DNA of 59,651 nucleotides from a virus. Lineage: Duplodnaviria; Caudoviricetes. The stretch is taken from positions 1 to 59,651 of IMG/VR virus record IMGVR_UViG_3300042332_000610; one strand, 5' to 3'. The position numbers and the translations under genes were made by a program. Positions 1 through 9,996 of this stretch are shown here, piece by piece; the first letter of the stretch is position 1; each line of letters begins with the position of its first letter. The notes under the pieces were generated by a model that saw only the letters and a program-made list of their open reading frames with translations, made no database searches and was not told the origin of the DNA.

Positions 1-181
1 CTATACCACACCCACCAGCACATTTTCTTGACTTTGTAGCACGAGACTTAACCTTTGAAACCTTGTATCTTTGCATAATCTTTTCCTTTGTTGCAGTTGC
101 CCTGCACTCAGGTGAGCAATAGATTTGATTTTTATTATTGCTTTCAAAGTGATTATCGCATAGCTTACAAAATTTACTCAA
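1..181 (-). CDS. Partial Cys-rich (zinc-finger-like) protein, runs off the left edge; not in the ORF track
   Basis: Manual translation from TTG at 181: MSKFCKLCDNHFESNNKNQIYCSPECRATATKEKIMQRYK...RKCAGGCGI; CxxC, CSxxC and CxxxC motifs; start overlaps the stop of the 174..953 gene. Confidence 0.7.
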   Translation of the reverse strand, partial: MSKFCKLCDNHFESNNKNQIYCSPECRATATKEKIMQRYKVSKVKSRATKSRKCAGGCGI

Positions 182-953
182 GATCTTTCCTTGGTGCTAT
201 TTTAATATCACCCTTTGGTTTTGTGCGACATACTGTTTCGAAATCACAACCTTTGCAAACTTTAGAGTTTGAACGGTAAGGATTTTCAGGAAGAAGACCG
301 TCATCGGATGCCTTCTTTACTTCTCTCATCCAATCAAAAAAGTAATTAATAAAATTCTTGTAGTGATCAGTTAGTTTAATGGGGAACAAAGAAAGTTCGT
401 GACTATTCTTTGATTCATAAACAAGGAATGCAAAACTCTTCTTAAGAATCTTCATATAGATTAGAAGTTGTTCAACATGGTATTTTCTTGCTTCTCCCTT
501 GACATTTAGATAATGAAAAGAATCTTCGTTAAGTGTTTTAATTTCAGTAAGAATATCCATATCATTCCACTTAATAATTGCATCTGTTCTACCAGAAATA
601 GGTGGGTCTATATAAGATAAACGCTCTTCATTGGTTACTAGAATACCAGCAGACTCCATAGCCTTTTCAATACGACCATGACGATCAGTACCGCTATCCA
701 TATTTGCAACTGAGTACCAGTCTGTTTTTACATCAGACTCATTTCCTTCAAACCATAAGTACCAAAATCTAGGACACTTACCTGCACCATACGTTAGTGT
801 TGACGGGGTAAAGCTATCTCTCTTTTTAAAAGATGCTTTTCTTTGCAGAGCATATCCTTCTTTAATCTTGTCAACAATTGCTTGACTATCAATTAAATTC
901 TCTTCACTCTTTTTTGGTTTTTCAACCAACTTGTTAATAAGGCTCTTAGCCAT
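174..953 (-). CDS. Cas4-like PD-(D/E)XK exonuclease (solo, phage recombination type)
   Basis: N-terminal KCPR, GTDRH, GRTD...EIKT nuclease motif, QLLIY, C-terminal CKGCDFETVC (1+3 Cys pattern of the Cas4/AddB family); start moved to ATG 953. Confidence 0.8.
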   Translation of the reverse strand: MAKSLINKLVEKPKKSEENLIDSQAIVDKIKEGYALQRKASFKKRDSFTPSTLTYGAGKCPRFWYLWFEGNESDVKTDWYSVANMDSGTDRHGRIEKAMESAGILVTNEERLSYIDPPISGRTDAIIKWNDMDILTEIKTLNEDSFHYLNVKGEARKYHVEQLLIYMKILKKSFAFLVYESKNSHELSLFPIKLTDHYKNFINYFFDWMREVKKASDDGLLPENPYRSNSKVCKGCDFETVCRTKPKGDIKIAPRKDLE

Positions 954-1263
954 TGTTAATCCTAACTGCATATTTTAATGCGTCCACTAGTCTATCCGTT
1001 GCTTCTTTAGCTGAATAGTATATATTTTTCTTTGCTCGTTCATCTTTCTTAACATTAGTATACCAGGAAGCGAGCATTGCAAATTTAGCAGAGTATGCCT
1101 GTAGCTTTACAATTAGTTCAACACCAACCGATGCTGGAACGTCTGGCTTAGAAATTAATTTAGCAATTAACACTAAAGTCTGTGTTAACTCTTCATCTTG
1201 CATATGTTCCGATATTTCATTAAACCCATTTACCTGATTTAATAAATCAACTGTTGTTTCCAT
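946..1263 (-). CDS. Hypothetical alpha-helical phage protein
   Basis: 105-aa ORF overlapping both neighbours in the operon. Confidence 0.65.
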   Translation of the reverse strand: METTVDLLNQVNGFNEISEHMQDEELTQTLVLIAKLISKPDVPASVGVELIVKLQAYSAKFAMLASWYTNVKKDERAKKNIYYSAKEATDRLVDALKYAVRINNG

Positions 1264-1546
1264 TATTCCTCAATTCTTCAAATACTTCCCATTCAATTAC
1301 GGCAAGTCTAACTTTCTTATTTCCCTCACCAATAACAAGCATAAGGGCTGGGTTTTTAGATCTGTCAACCTTTAAAGTGTCAGTAACAATTTTAGCCCAG
1401 TTGTCTTGACTGATAGAAAAACTTTTACTGTACTCTTTTACATCAACAACAAACTCATCATCACTGCCATCAGCCTTTACAGCACCTCTTCCAGAATTTT
1501 TATGAGCCTTAAGACCAGCTCTTTTAAGTTCTGCACGTTCGCTCAT
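1247..1546 (-). CDS. Holliday-junction-resolvase-like PD-(D/E)XK nuclease
   Basis: E...SGRGAVKADG...VVDVKE pattern resembles Hjc-type resolvases; lies between RecA-like and exonuclease genes. Confidence 0.55.
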   Translation of the reverse strand: MSERAELKRAGLKAHKNSGRGAVKADGSDDEFVVDVKEYSKSFSISQDNWAKIVTDTLKVDRSKNPALMLVIGEGNKKVRLAVIEWEVFEELRNNGNNS

Positions 1547-1701
1547 TAATTCCCCCTTGTAAGAATAACTTCAGACATATGTCTATTTGAACAAAGCCAA
1601 GTTAGTTTCATATCTTCACTATAAAATCTTGCAATTAAAACTAATTGTTTGCATGAGTGACAAGAAAATTTTCCTCTATACTCAGAAAATGCTTTATACA
1701 T
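1546..1701 (-). CDS. Small 51-aa zinc-ribbon-like protein, not in the ORF track
   Basis: MYKAFSEYRGKFSCHSCKQLVLIARFYSEDMKLTWLCSNRHMSEVILTRGN; CxxC...CxxxH; start overlaps the RecA stop and the stop overlaps the next start (TAATG). Confidence 0.75.
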   Translation of the reverse strand: MYKAFSEYRGKFSCHSCKQLVLIARFYSEDMKLTWLCSNRHMSEVILTRGN

Positions 1702-2707
1702 TTAGCTTTGCCTCTAGGTCTGCTACTCTCTTTGGATCTTCCTTTAGCCAATCAATGACTTTTGCTCTACCCTGGAATCTTTCTTCCCCGATAGTGTACC
1801 AAGCACCACCCTTTTGAATTGCACCAACAAGTTCTGCGGTATCAACTAGGTCTGCAACCTTATCTATGCCTAAGACACCATCTCCATCAAAGTAGAAGTC
1901 GTAGGAACCTGCAACAAATGCTGGACCAGTCTTATTAAAATCAATATGCCAATTAACTACACGACCAATTTTAGATTCAATCAACTTATCTCCAGAAGCT
2001 ATCTTGCCCTTGATTGCCTGATTGTCAGAATCACTTGACCAAAGTTTTACAATTGTGCTGCTAAAGAATTTTGTAGCAAGACCTCCAGTTGGCATATGGC
2101 TTGCAAACATAGCACCAATATTATTTCGGAGTTGGGAAATAAAAACTAGAAGTACTGGTTTTTCTTGATTGTTTGCAAAGTTAAGCATCTTTACTGCATT
2201 TGTCATATCTTTTGCTTCAGCCCCAATTTGTTTTGTATTCTCAAGTTGTTTTAATTCTTCTGAATCTTTTTCAAAATATATTGCAGGAAGCATCGCTGAA
2301 ATTGAGTCAACAACAATCATATCTACACCAGCCTTCATTAACTGAACACCAACATCAACCATTTCATTCATACTTCTAGCATTTGAATAAATTAAATTTT
2401 TAACATCTACTCCAAGCTTTATTGCCCACTCAGGATCAAATGATGCTTCTGAATCAATCCAAGCACAAATCTTTCCATCTTTTTGTGCATCAGCAATCAT
2501 TTGTAAACAAAAAGAGGACTTACCTGCAGACTTATTTCCCCAAACCATTACCTGACGACCATATGCAAACCCACCCTTTAATGCGTGGTTAAGGCTAACG
2601 CTAGGTGTCTTTTGTTTTATAATTTCAACGGTGTCCCCACTTGTAATCTTTTTACGCAACTTTGGATCTAATTGGGACAAAAATTCGTCAAGGTCTATTT
2701 TGCTCAT
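1694..2707 (-). CDS. recA: RecA/UvsX-like recombinase
   Basis: Walker A GNKSAGKS, AWIDSEASFDP, Walker B IVVDSI, ISQLR, TGG and KGGAWY motifs. Confidence 0.93.
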   Translation of the reverse strand: MSKIDLDEFLSQLDPKLRKKITSGDTVEIIKQKTPSVSLNHALKGGFAYGRQVMVWGNKSAGKSSFCLQMIADAQKDGKICAWIDSEASFDPEWAIKLGVDVKNLIYSNARSMNEMVDVGVQLMKAGVDMIVVDSISAMLPAIYFEKDSEELKQLENTKQIGAEAKDMTNAVKMLNFANNQEKPVLLVFISQLRNNIGAMFASHMPTGGLATKFFSSTIVKLWSSDSDNQAIKGKIASGDKLIESKIGRVVNWHIDFNKTGPAFVAGSYDFYFDGDGVLGIDKVADLVDTAELVGAIQKGGAWYTIGEERFQGRAKVIDWLKEDPKRVADLEAKLNV

Positions 2708-3030
2708 GCTAGAACACCATGCATCTTTGGACGTTCTGTATTTATCTTAGCCTTGTTTTTTAAAGACTCTTCAAGAGATATAGAAGTATATCCATCTCTA
2801 ACTAAACCAGCATATAAATCTAAGACCCTAATAATAATGTCAGCTAGTTCTTCCACTACTTGATCATCACCCTTCTCCTTGCGTATTGCCTCAAGTACCT
2901 CAGACACTTCTGAGTGTACCATTGCAAGTTGTTTTAGATAAAAGATAGTTCCATTATTATCATCCCAAAAACCTTTGTCTCTTGCATTTGCATGTAGTAC
3001 TGCTGCAAATTCATCAATTACGATAGCCAT
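2704..3030 (-). CDS. MazG-like nucleotide pyrophosphohydrolase
   Basis: HSEVSEVLEAIRK...EELADIIIR (ExxE...EExxD). Confidence 0.85.
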   Translation of the reverse strand: MAIVIDEFAAVLHANARDKGFWDDNNGTIFYLKQLAMVHSEVSEVLEAIRKEKGDDQVVEELADIIIRVLDLYAGLVRDGYTSISLEESLKNKAKINTERPKMHGVLA

Positions 3031-6000
3031 TTATAATACTTCCTTCAATGTAATAGTTCCTTCTTTTGTTTCACCAAAATTAATTTTTGCTACTTTTCCA
3101 GGCTGGCATTTCATATATCCAGTAGAGAACATTGTAGGGAATACCATTGCAGCAGTCATTTCTCTTGAACTATCAGCAACAATCATATTAGCCATTCTCT
3201 TTCCAGCTTTAGTAACTCTAGGAGTAAAGGATAGCACAAAGTGTTCATCATTTGCAAATGGTATTTGCTTATAGTTTAAAAACTTTATAAGTGGATTTTC
3301 TTTGTGCTCTTTTAATTCATCAATTGGAATAGCCTCAGAAATTCTATTTGCACCTGCAAGAATTAAATAAGTTCTTCCTGGTTCAATCTTAGTCTCTTCT
3401 TCATCAAAGATTCCAATTACTCCAGTAGAGTCCATAATTTCTACTCTTGACCAGCCTTTACCACGCTTAATATTTTTTGCAATACCAAGTAAGACAAATA
3501 CACCTTGCTCATCAAAGTCTTCTACCAGATCTATGTATGCATAGTAATGCTGTGGAACACTTGTATTTAATTCTGGAAGATTTAAATATTCATAAAGATT
3601 ATCTCTAACCTTTACTTCATCTCTAGGATTATCTTCAAATGTTAATGCACCAATAAGGTCTAATGCTTCTACTGCTCTTGAATTAATTCCACTACCTTTT
3701 TTTATTGCAAAGCTTTTAAACTGCTCTTTAGATTCAAAAGGTCTTCCTGCAATAATTTTACCTGCAACTCCTTCAGAAAGCCATTTGATTGCAGCAAGTC
3801 CAAACCTGATACCCTTGCCCTCAATCTTAAAGTCTGAATCAGATTCGTTAACGTGTGGAAGTTTTAAAGACAACCCCATACGCTTACACTCAATTAAGTA
3901 TTCAGTACGAGTGTCACTATCTTTTTCGTTCTTTAACAATGAAAACATAAATTCAATAGGGTAGTGATACTTTAGCCAAGCAGTCCAATAGGACAAGGTT
4001 GAGTATGCAACAGCGTGAGACTTGTTAAAGGAATAACCTGCGTGTGCTTCAAAGTCATGCCATAAATCTTTTGCTCTAATTCCAATATGCTTTTCTGCAT
4101 TGTTAACAAATTTATCTTTAAAGATGTCAAACTCTTTAGCATCTTTTTTCTTACCAATAATCTTACGAACTTTATCAGCTTCAACCATTGTCATTCCACC
4201 AAGAACCACGCAAGCTTGCATAACTTGCTCTTGATACAAGACACAGCCATAGGTGTCTTTTAGGTAATCGTTCATAGAAGGATGAATATATTCAACCATT
4301 TCTCTGCCGTGTTTACGGGCAATGTATGACTTTCCAATTGTATTCATAGCACCTGGACGAACAAGAGCGTTTGATGCAACAAGTTCATCAAAGTTGCTTA
4401 CTCTCATTTTAACCAGAAGGTTTGTATACGGAGTTGCTTCACACTGAAAAACACCCTTTGTACGCCCCTCAGAGAGCATCTCAAAGACTTTCTTGTCATT
4501 TAGAGGTATCTGCTTTAGGTTTATGTCTGTACCGTGGCGTTCTTTAATTGTTTTAATAGTCTGATCAATTACAGTAAGAGTCTTTAGACCAAGCACGTCA
4601 AGCTTGATTAGACCAATTTCTGCAGCCTCTTCCATATCTACTGCAACTACTGGAATTCTTTCTTTACTTCCTGGTGCAATTCGTGTTTCAAGTGGTGCAT
4701 ACTTAAAGATTGAATCCTTTGCAGTAACCACACCTGCAGCATGAATACCAGTTCCACGAATTCTTCCACGAAGTTGCTCTCCATATTTAACAATTTCAGG
4801 ATACTTCATTCTAAACCATTGAGCATTAGCTGATCTTGTAAAATCATCCCAGCTATCTACACCCTTAAGAACTTTATTAACATCATTAAGAGGGATGTTA
4901 AATGCTCTGGCAACATCTCTTACAACTCCCTTGTCTTTAAATGCAAGGAATGTAGCAATGGATGCAACATTCTTATACTCACGTTCAAGGTATGCCTTTA
5001 CTTCATCTCTTCTATCATCTGCAATATCAGAATCAATATCTGGGAAATCATCTCTGTCTGGATTAATAAAACGGAAAAACAAAAGACCATATTCAATTGG
5101 ATCAATTTCTGTAATTCCTAATGCATAACAAACTAAAGAACCTGCTGCTGAACCACGACCTGGACCAACCATGATGCCCTGCTCTTTTGCCCAATTAAGC
5201 ATATTATGAACGACCAAAAAATAAGGTGAAAAGTTTTTACTCTTAATAACATCAAGTTCTAGATTTAATCTATCAAGGTATTCTTTATTTTCAGAAAGAC
5301 CTCTTAGGACTAGCCCTCTAGAAGTAAGTGCAAGCAATTCATTATCTGGATCCTCAACCTTTATTGGAAGAAGATCTAGATTACTTTTAATAGTATACTC
5401 TTCTACCTTGTTTGAAATCTCAACAGTATTTTCATAAATGTCTTCACGCTTAATTCCCTGCTGTTGCATTGCTGATTTAATTTCTTCATAAGAAAGTAAG
5501 TGAATGTCAAAACTTCTAAAAGACATCATTCTATCTTCACCATATAAATAGTCAAGTCTTTTCATAGGGTCTTCGATCTTTGAAGCCTTGTCGAAAGTAG
5601 ATTCTTTATTAAGTTTTGCGTGTGTATTTAAAAGTAACATCATTTCTTGGATTACCTTTTGACTCTTATCAGAGTGATGGCAGTCAGGAGTTACTACTGA
5701 CTTCACACCATAAGTGTCAGCCATTTCAAGCAATTCTTTGTTTAATTCTGAAGAGTTGTGTGGCATAACTTCTACATAAAAGTCGTCACCAAATGTTTCT
5801 TTAAACCATGTCATATGCTTTTTTGCAGCAGCATATTCTTTATATTCAATTGCTTTTGCAAGAAGTCCACTCATACAAGCTGATAAAACTATTACACCTT
5901 CTTTATACTTTGATAATATTTCAAAGTCAATTCTTGGCTTTCTATAGTATCCTTCAGTCCAAGCGAGTTCATTAAGTTTATTTAAATTTTCTAAGCCCTT

Positions 6001-6300
6001 GTCATTTTTTGCAAGAAGAACAATATGGTTGTATACCATATCCAAGGGGTCTGTTCTTTCAGACTTGTCTCTATTGTCAAATCTATCTGCAGTTATGTAT
6101 CCTTCAATACCCAAAATTGGTTTAACGCCATTTGCTTTTGCAGCCCTATACATTGGTCTATGACCAGACAGAACGCCATGGTCAGTTATTGCAATTGCTG
6201 ATAGTCCAATTTCAGAAGCACGTTTTGCATACTCTTCTGGAGTTGCGACACCATCCATTAGTGAATAGTGTGTGTGAACGTGTAACGGAACGTAAGTCAT
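3031..6300 (-). CDS. dnaE: DNA polymerase III alpha subunit (family C, DnaE-type) with PHP domain
   Basis: LHVHTHYSLMDG, ITDHG, GPGRGSAAGSLV, FPDIDSD, HAAGVV, KLDVLGL, YSFNKSHAVAY. Confidence 0.97.
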   Translation of the reverse strand: MTYVPLHVHTHYSLMDGVATPEEYAKRASEIGLSAIAITDHGVLSGHRPMYRAAKANGVKPILGIEGYITADRFDNRDKSERTDPLDMVYNHIVLLAKNDKGLENLNKLNELAWTEGYYRKPRIDFEILSKYKEGVIVLSACMSGLLAKAIEYKEYAAAKKHMTWFKETFGDDFYVEVMPHNSSELNKELLEMADTYGVKSVVTPDCHHSDKSQKVIQEMMLLLNTHAKLNKESTFDKASKIEDPMKRLDYLYGEDRMMSFRSFDIHLLSYEEIKSAMQQQGIKREDIYENTVEISNKVEEYTIKSNLDLLPIKVEDPDNELLALTSRGLVLRGLSENKEYLDRLNLELDVIKSKNFSPYFLVVHNMLNWAKEQGIMVGPGRGSAAGSLVCYALGITEIDPIEYGLLFFRFINPDRDDFPDIDSDIADDRRDEVKAYLEREYKNVASIATFLAFKDKGVVRDVARAFNIPLNDVNKVLKGVDSWDDFTRSANAQWFRMKYPEIVKYGEQLRGRIRGTGIHAAGVVTAKDSIFKYAPLETRIAPGSKERIPVVAVDMEEAAEIGLIKLDVLGLKTLTVIDQTIKTIKERHGTDINLKQIPLNDKKVFEMLSEGRTKGVFQCEATPYTNLLVKMRVSNFDELVASNALVRPGAMNTIGKSYIARKHGREMVEYIHPSMNDYLKDTYGCVLYQEQVMQACVVLGGMTMVEADKVRKIIGKKKDAKEFDIFKDKFVNNAEKHIGIRAKDLWHDFEAHAGYSFNKSHAVAYSTLSYWTAWLKYHYPIEFMFSLLKNEKDSDTRTEYLIECKRMGLSLKLPHVNESDSDFKIEGKGIRFGLAAIKWLSEGVAGKIIAGRPFESKEQFKSFAIKKGSGINSRAVEALDLIGALTFEDNPRDEVKVRDNLYEYLNLPELNTSVPQHYYAYIDLVEDFDEQGVFVLLGIAKNIKRGKGWSRVEIMDSTGVIGIFDEEETKIEPGRTYLILAGANRISEAIPIDELKEHKENPLIKFLNYKQIPFANDEHFVLSFTPRVTKAGKRMANMIVADSSREMTAAMVFPTMFSTGYMKCQPGKVAKINFGETKEGTITLKEVL

Positions 6301-6321
6301 TTTAACCTTTCAGTTAGATAG

Positions 6322-6346
6322 GGTGGGGGAGTACTTCTCCCCCACC
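6322..6346 (-). terminator. GC-rich hairpin just downstream of the SSB gene (terminator or mRNA-stabilising element)
   Basis: Perfect 10-bp stem ggtgggggag/ctcccccacc with 5-nt loop; weak U-tract. Confidence 0.55.
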
Positions 6347-6350
6347 ACGA

Positions 6351-7001
6351 TTACCAATCTACAGAAGTTGATACAGATGGATTGTCAAAGCCAAGAAAGA
6401 ATGATTCTTGCTCTGCATAAGGGACTTCTCTTACAACAGCTTCAAGGTCTGGAACTTCAAACTTAGACCAGTCAAACTTTTCCTCATCTTGCTTAATTGG
6501 AATTAGAATATAGGTTGTTTCAGTTCCTTTTCCATTTCGCTTTAGCTTCCATGTCATGTTAGAAAGACTTTGTGAATCTTGAACATATTCACGAATTGTA
6601 TCAAATGTTGCAGACTTTGCTACACCCATACTCCATACAGCAATGTACGGATCGTTTGCACCATCATCAACCAATACGTTGATGTAGAAACGTAGACGAG
6701 ATCTCCATCCAGCCTTCATATCCTTTCTGTGCATTTCACAACCAAAGCAACGACCTTCGCTTTCAGCAGAACATGCTGCCTTACGCTTATAGTCCTTTGG
6801 GTTTGTATGCTCAGAAACAACAATGGCTAGACCATTCTTTTCGTCATAACTTGGGGAGTCTCCATCAAGCTCGTTTACAAAACGAACGGATACACTCTGA
6901 TTGTCTTCTAGTTTTAGCCACGTTACTCGTGGACCATTATTTTCAAATTTTGGCTTATCTAGCATTGCTTCGATATTCTTTAGCCCTTTTACAATTGCCA
7001 T
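6351..7001 (-). CDS. Single-stranded DNA-binding protein (T4 gp32-like)
   Basis: WLKLEDNQSVSVRF, H...C...CxxC metal-binding residues, KRNGKGTETTY, acidic C-terminus ending in an aromatic residue (SVDW); between primase and polymerase. Confidence 0.7.
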   Translation of the reverse strand: MAIVKGLKNIEAMLDKPKFENNGPRVTWLKLEDNQSVSVRFVNELDGDSPSYDEKNGLAIVVSEHTNPKDYKRKAACSAESEGRCFGCEMHRKDMKAGWRSRLRFYINVLVDDGANDPYIAVWSMGVAKSATFDTIREYVQDSQSLSNMTWKLKRNGKGTETTYILIPIKQDEEKFDWSKFEVPDLEAVVREVPYAEQESFFLGFDNPSVSTSVDW

Positions 7002-7042
7002 AATATTTCTCCTAATATTTGTCCTATAGATGGACAGTTTTA

Positions 7043-7996
7043 CTATTGTAACACATTTGCTATAAGATCGTCAAATTGTGACACAAACTTTTTTAATTCA
7101 TCATCAGATAGTTCTGATACATCTTTTACTGATTCTGGAAGACTTGCAATTGTTGCACTTGAGCCAAGTATGTTGGATAACTTTTTAGCCATTTCTCTTC
7201 CTGCATCATCATTATCTCCTAAAACTATTACATTATTAAAGTACTGTTTTAGCAATTCTCTCTGTCTACCTGACACTGATGCTCCTAAAGTGGCTACAGC
7301 GTGTGCTCCTACCTGTTCTAAGCGTATTGCATCAAAGGATGACTCAACAACAAATACCTTGTCAAATCTCTTTGCTCTAAATAAGTTAAACATTGTTTTT
7401 GATTTTGGAAGTCCTGGAGTGTTTTTAAACTCCTTGCCTTCTACAGACCTACCAACAAACCCTAGACATATTCCATCAGGAGAGTGCACTGGTATTGTAA
7501 CCATATCCTGACTTTCAGAGTATCCAAGCAGATACTTTTCAACACTATCTTTATTAATTCCTCTACCAAGATAATACTGTGCAGCTCTTTGAGAGTTTAA
7601 GGCAGAAGCATTTAGTCTTTTAATTAACTCATTATCAAACTCTATAAATTCAGGCTTTCTATTAAGCTTTGATTCAAGTACTTCAATAAAATTAGCATTG
7701 TCTGATTTAGAATCAATCATTCTTGCAGATTCAAAATATGATCTTTTAGTTACATGCATTATTACTTCAACAAGAGAATGAGATTCTTGACATCCAAAGC
7801 AATAAAATAATCCGCTTTCTTTTGAAATTTCTGCAGCAGGAGATCTATAATTATTATGATAAGGACAAAAGATTATAAAGTCAGATTCTACTTCATATAC
7901 TACATCAATACCTGCAGTTAGCAGACTTCTTCTGACTTGATCCTCTGAGTAGAAGAAGCCATCACTGGCTTGTTTCTGTCTATCCCTGCTATACAC
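7043..7996 (-). CDS. DNA primase (DnaG-like; zinc finger plus TOPRIM)
   Basis: CPYH...YCFGC zinc finger, GFVGR, VVESSFDAI, GDNDDAG, KDVSE. Confidence 0.93.
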   Translation of the reverse strand: MYSRDRQKQASDGFFYSEDQVRRSLLTAGIDVVYEVESDFIIFCPYHNNYRSPAAEISKESGLFYCFGCQESHSLVEVIMHVTKRSYFESARMIDSKSDNANFIEVLESKLNRKPEFIEFDNELIKRLNASALNSQRAAQYYLGRGINKDSVEKYLLGYSESQDMVTIPVHSPDGICLGFVGRSVEGKEFKNTPGLPKSKTMFNLFRAKRFDKVFVVESSFDAIRLEQVGAHAVATLGASVSGRQRELLKQYFNNVIVLGDNDDAGREMAKKLSNILGSSATIASLPESVKDVSELSDDELKKFVSQFDDLIANVLQ

Positions 7997-8229
7997 TCTG
8001 CTGTTCTCTTTCCTACATATACACCGTATATTGATATTTCAAAATTAAATGTCTTACCATTATAACTAATTGTAAAGTCTGTGTCAATATCATACCTTGG
8101 AACATATCCATCAGATCTCATTCCAGCGACAATCATACTGTAGTACTGCTCTTTAAGTCTTATGATATGGGAATCATCATAAATTTCACCATCAAGGCTA
8201 AATCTTTTTATTGACTTATGAGCGTACAT
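7918..8229 (-). CDS. Hypothetical phage protein
   Basis: 103-aa ORF with an extended -10 element 7 nt before the ATG; overlaps the primase 5' end. Confidence 0.7.
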   Translation of the reverse strand: MYAHKSIKRFSLDGEIYDDSHIIRLKEQYYSMIVAGMRSDGYVPRYDIDTDFTISYNGKTFNFEISIYGVYVGKRTAECIAGIDRNKPVMASSTQRIKSEEVC

Positions 8230-8236
8230 ACCATCA

Positions 8237-8245
8237 ATTATATCA
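8237..8245 (-). promoter_or_regulatory. Extended -10 promoter TGATATAAT, leaderless configuration
   Basis: Minus strand reads TGATATAAT-TGATGGT-ATG (7-nt spacer, no Shine-Dalgarno). Confidence 0.6.
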
Positions 8246-8261
8246 ATGGAATTAACTAGTT

Positions 8262-9476
8262 TTATTCAAAATCCTTATAAATAAAGCGACCTGAGTCAAA
8301 ATCAATATCTACCATAAACTCTCCACAGAAACCATGACGATTTTTTCTAAATATACATTCAAGGATTGTGCTACCAGTAGCACGACCTAAAGCTAAAACC
8401 CAGTCAGCATCATATGCTAATTGCTTTGACCACGCTACTTGACCAAGTGAGGGAACGCTGTTCATATCTGTAGCATCGTCAGGGGTGGCAGAGGCAATCG
8501 CAACAATTGGAACTTGGGAAGAAATTGCAAGAACCTTTAGTTCTCTAGAAATATTCTTAATCTTTACAACTTCATTATCATTTCCTTGATTTGAATTCAT
8601 TAACTGAATGTAGTCAACAAATACAACATCTGGAGAATACTGATCTATCTTTCCTCTAATAACAGAAGGAGATACATCTGCAAGACCATCATTAGAAATG
8701 ATATAGAATGGTGGTCTATCTTTTAAATTTTGCTTAGCCCAATTTTCAAAGCCTTCAATATCAATCATACCTGCACTTAATTTTCTATGTGAGAAATATC
8801 CTTCAGCCATAATTGTATAAACACGATTTCTAACTTCTTTCTCCGTCATTTCAAGAGAAACTATTAACGGCTTTTTGCCAGCTTTCCACGCCTGTACAGC
8901 CATAAAAATAGCGAGCCAAGACTTACCAATGGCAGGATAAGCAAGAAGTATGCCAAACTGACCAGGAGCAATACCACCAGGTAAATAGTTATCAAACCCT
9001 GCAAGATTCGTTCTAACGCCATGTATACCTTTTTCACTTAACTCCTTAATGTGTGTAAAGTGTGCAGAAGCATCTTCTACATCTGTTGCATCAATATCTC
9101 TTACATCAGAACTAATTCTTTTAAGATCAGATGTCTTTGAAATTATTGAATTAAGAGCTTCAATTGGTTGATGATCATTTAGTTGTTTTGCACTAGTCAT
9201 TAGTGCATTTCTTAAATGGTCTTCAAGGAACTGAATTCTTAACTCTTCTAGATGATGCTTTGTTGTACCAATTTCACCTATTGGTTGAAAGTCTCTAAAC
9301 TTTTCTACCAGAAGTGACCGTGTTGGAACGGTTGAATTTTGCTCATAATAATTCTTTACAAAATCCCAAACGTCTTTATGAGTTCTAAACAAAGTATCTG
9401 GGTTTGCCTGAAATAGCACATGAATTTGCTTATCATTTAAAACTGCAGATAGTACCTTTGCTTCTAAATCAGACAT
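8262..9476 (-). CDS. dnaB: Replicative DNA helicase (DnaB/SF4)
   Basis: AYPAIGKS, VSLEMT, VFVDYIQLM, AYDADWV, KNRHG. Confidence 0.93.
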   Translation of the reverse strand: MSDLEAKVLSAVLNDKQIHVLFQANPDTLFRTHKDVWDFVKNYYEQNSTVPTRSLLVEKFRDFQPIGEIGTTKHHLEELRIQFLEDHLRNALMTSAKQLNDHQPIEALNSIISKTSDLKRISSDVRDIDATDVEDASAHFTHIKELSEKGIHGVRTNLAGFDNYLPGGIAPGQFGILLAYPAIGKSWLAIFMAVQAWKAGKKPLIVSLEMTEKEVRNRVYTIMAEGYFSHRKLSAGMIDIEGFENWAKQNLKDRPPFYIISNDGLADVSPSVIRGKIDQYSPDVVFVDYIQLMNSNQGNDNEVVKIKNISRELKVLAISSQVPIVAIASATPDDATDMNSVPSLGQVAWSKQLAYDADWVLALGRATGSTILECIFRKNRHGFCGEFMVDIDFDSGRFIYKDFE

Positions 9477-9784
9477 TATCTATTTAGCCATTCCTTTGCT
9501 TGTTCCCTAAGTAGCTTTCTAGCCACATCATCTTCTTCTTTAATTCTTTTTGCATCATAAATTTTATCAGCATTGTTCACCAACCATTTCCAAGTTGGAG
9601 ATGCAGACACGCTAACATAGTATTCAATTAGATCATAACTTTGCTCTATACCGTATGATTCAATCAACGAGTCTGCAGCCCATTGCTGAATGTGAATATT
9701 GATATTTTCTTCTTTTAAGTTTTTTTCTTTTGTTAACTTCTTGTATCTAGATATTAGTGCAAAGCGATCTTTTTTTTCCGCCAC
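9476..9784 (-). CDS. Hypothetical protein coupled to the helicase gene
   Basis: 102-aa ORF with stop/start overlap to dnaB. Confidence 0.65.
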   Translation of the reverse strand: MAEKKDRFALISRYKKLTKEKNLKEENINIHIQQWAADSLIESYGIEQSYDLIEYYVSVSASPTWKWLVNNADKIYDAKRIKEEDDVARKLLREQAKEWLNR

Positions 9785-9987
9785 TAGTCCTCTAGTTCTT
9801 TCTTAGCTTCTTCAACCTTTTGAATTACCTTATTTTCTACAAACTGATAAACTCTATCAAGAGCCTGGTCTGTATTTTCTCCACTACGCACAAAATCTGT
9901 AATTCCTAAATCAATTCTAAGACTTTGAAAATTTCCAAGATTTAGTGTATATCCTAGTGTTACTGAAACATTTGTTGTTTCTGACAT
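9784..9987 (-). CDS. Small hypothetical phage protein
   Basis: 67 aa, VTLGYTLNLGNFQSLRID motif, AGGAG ribosome-binding site upstream. Confidence 0.7.
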   Translation of the reverse strand: MSETTNVSVTLGYTLNLGNFQSLRIDLGITDFVRSGENTDQALDRVYQFVENKVIQKVEEAKKELED

Positions 9988-9996
9988 TTTGGTCTC

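Noticed and set aside
174-953. CRISPR-Cas system suggested by the Cas4-like gene
   Set aside because: No repeat-spacer array or other cas genes seen; solo Cas4-like nucleases are common in phage recombination modules
1694-9476. Inteins or introns in RecA, DnaE, primase or DnaB
   Set aside because: Lengths are ordinary, motifs are contiguous, and no intein-terminal HN-C/S/T or homing endonuclease signature was seen; the same holds for NrdJ
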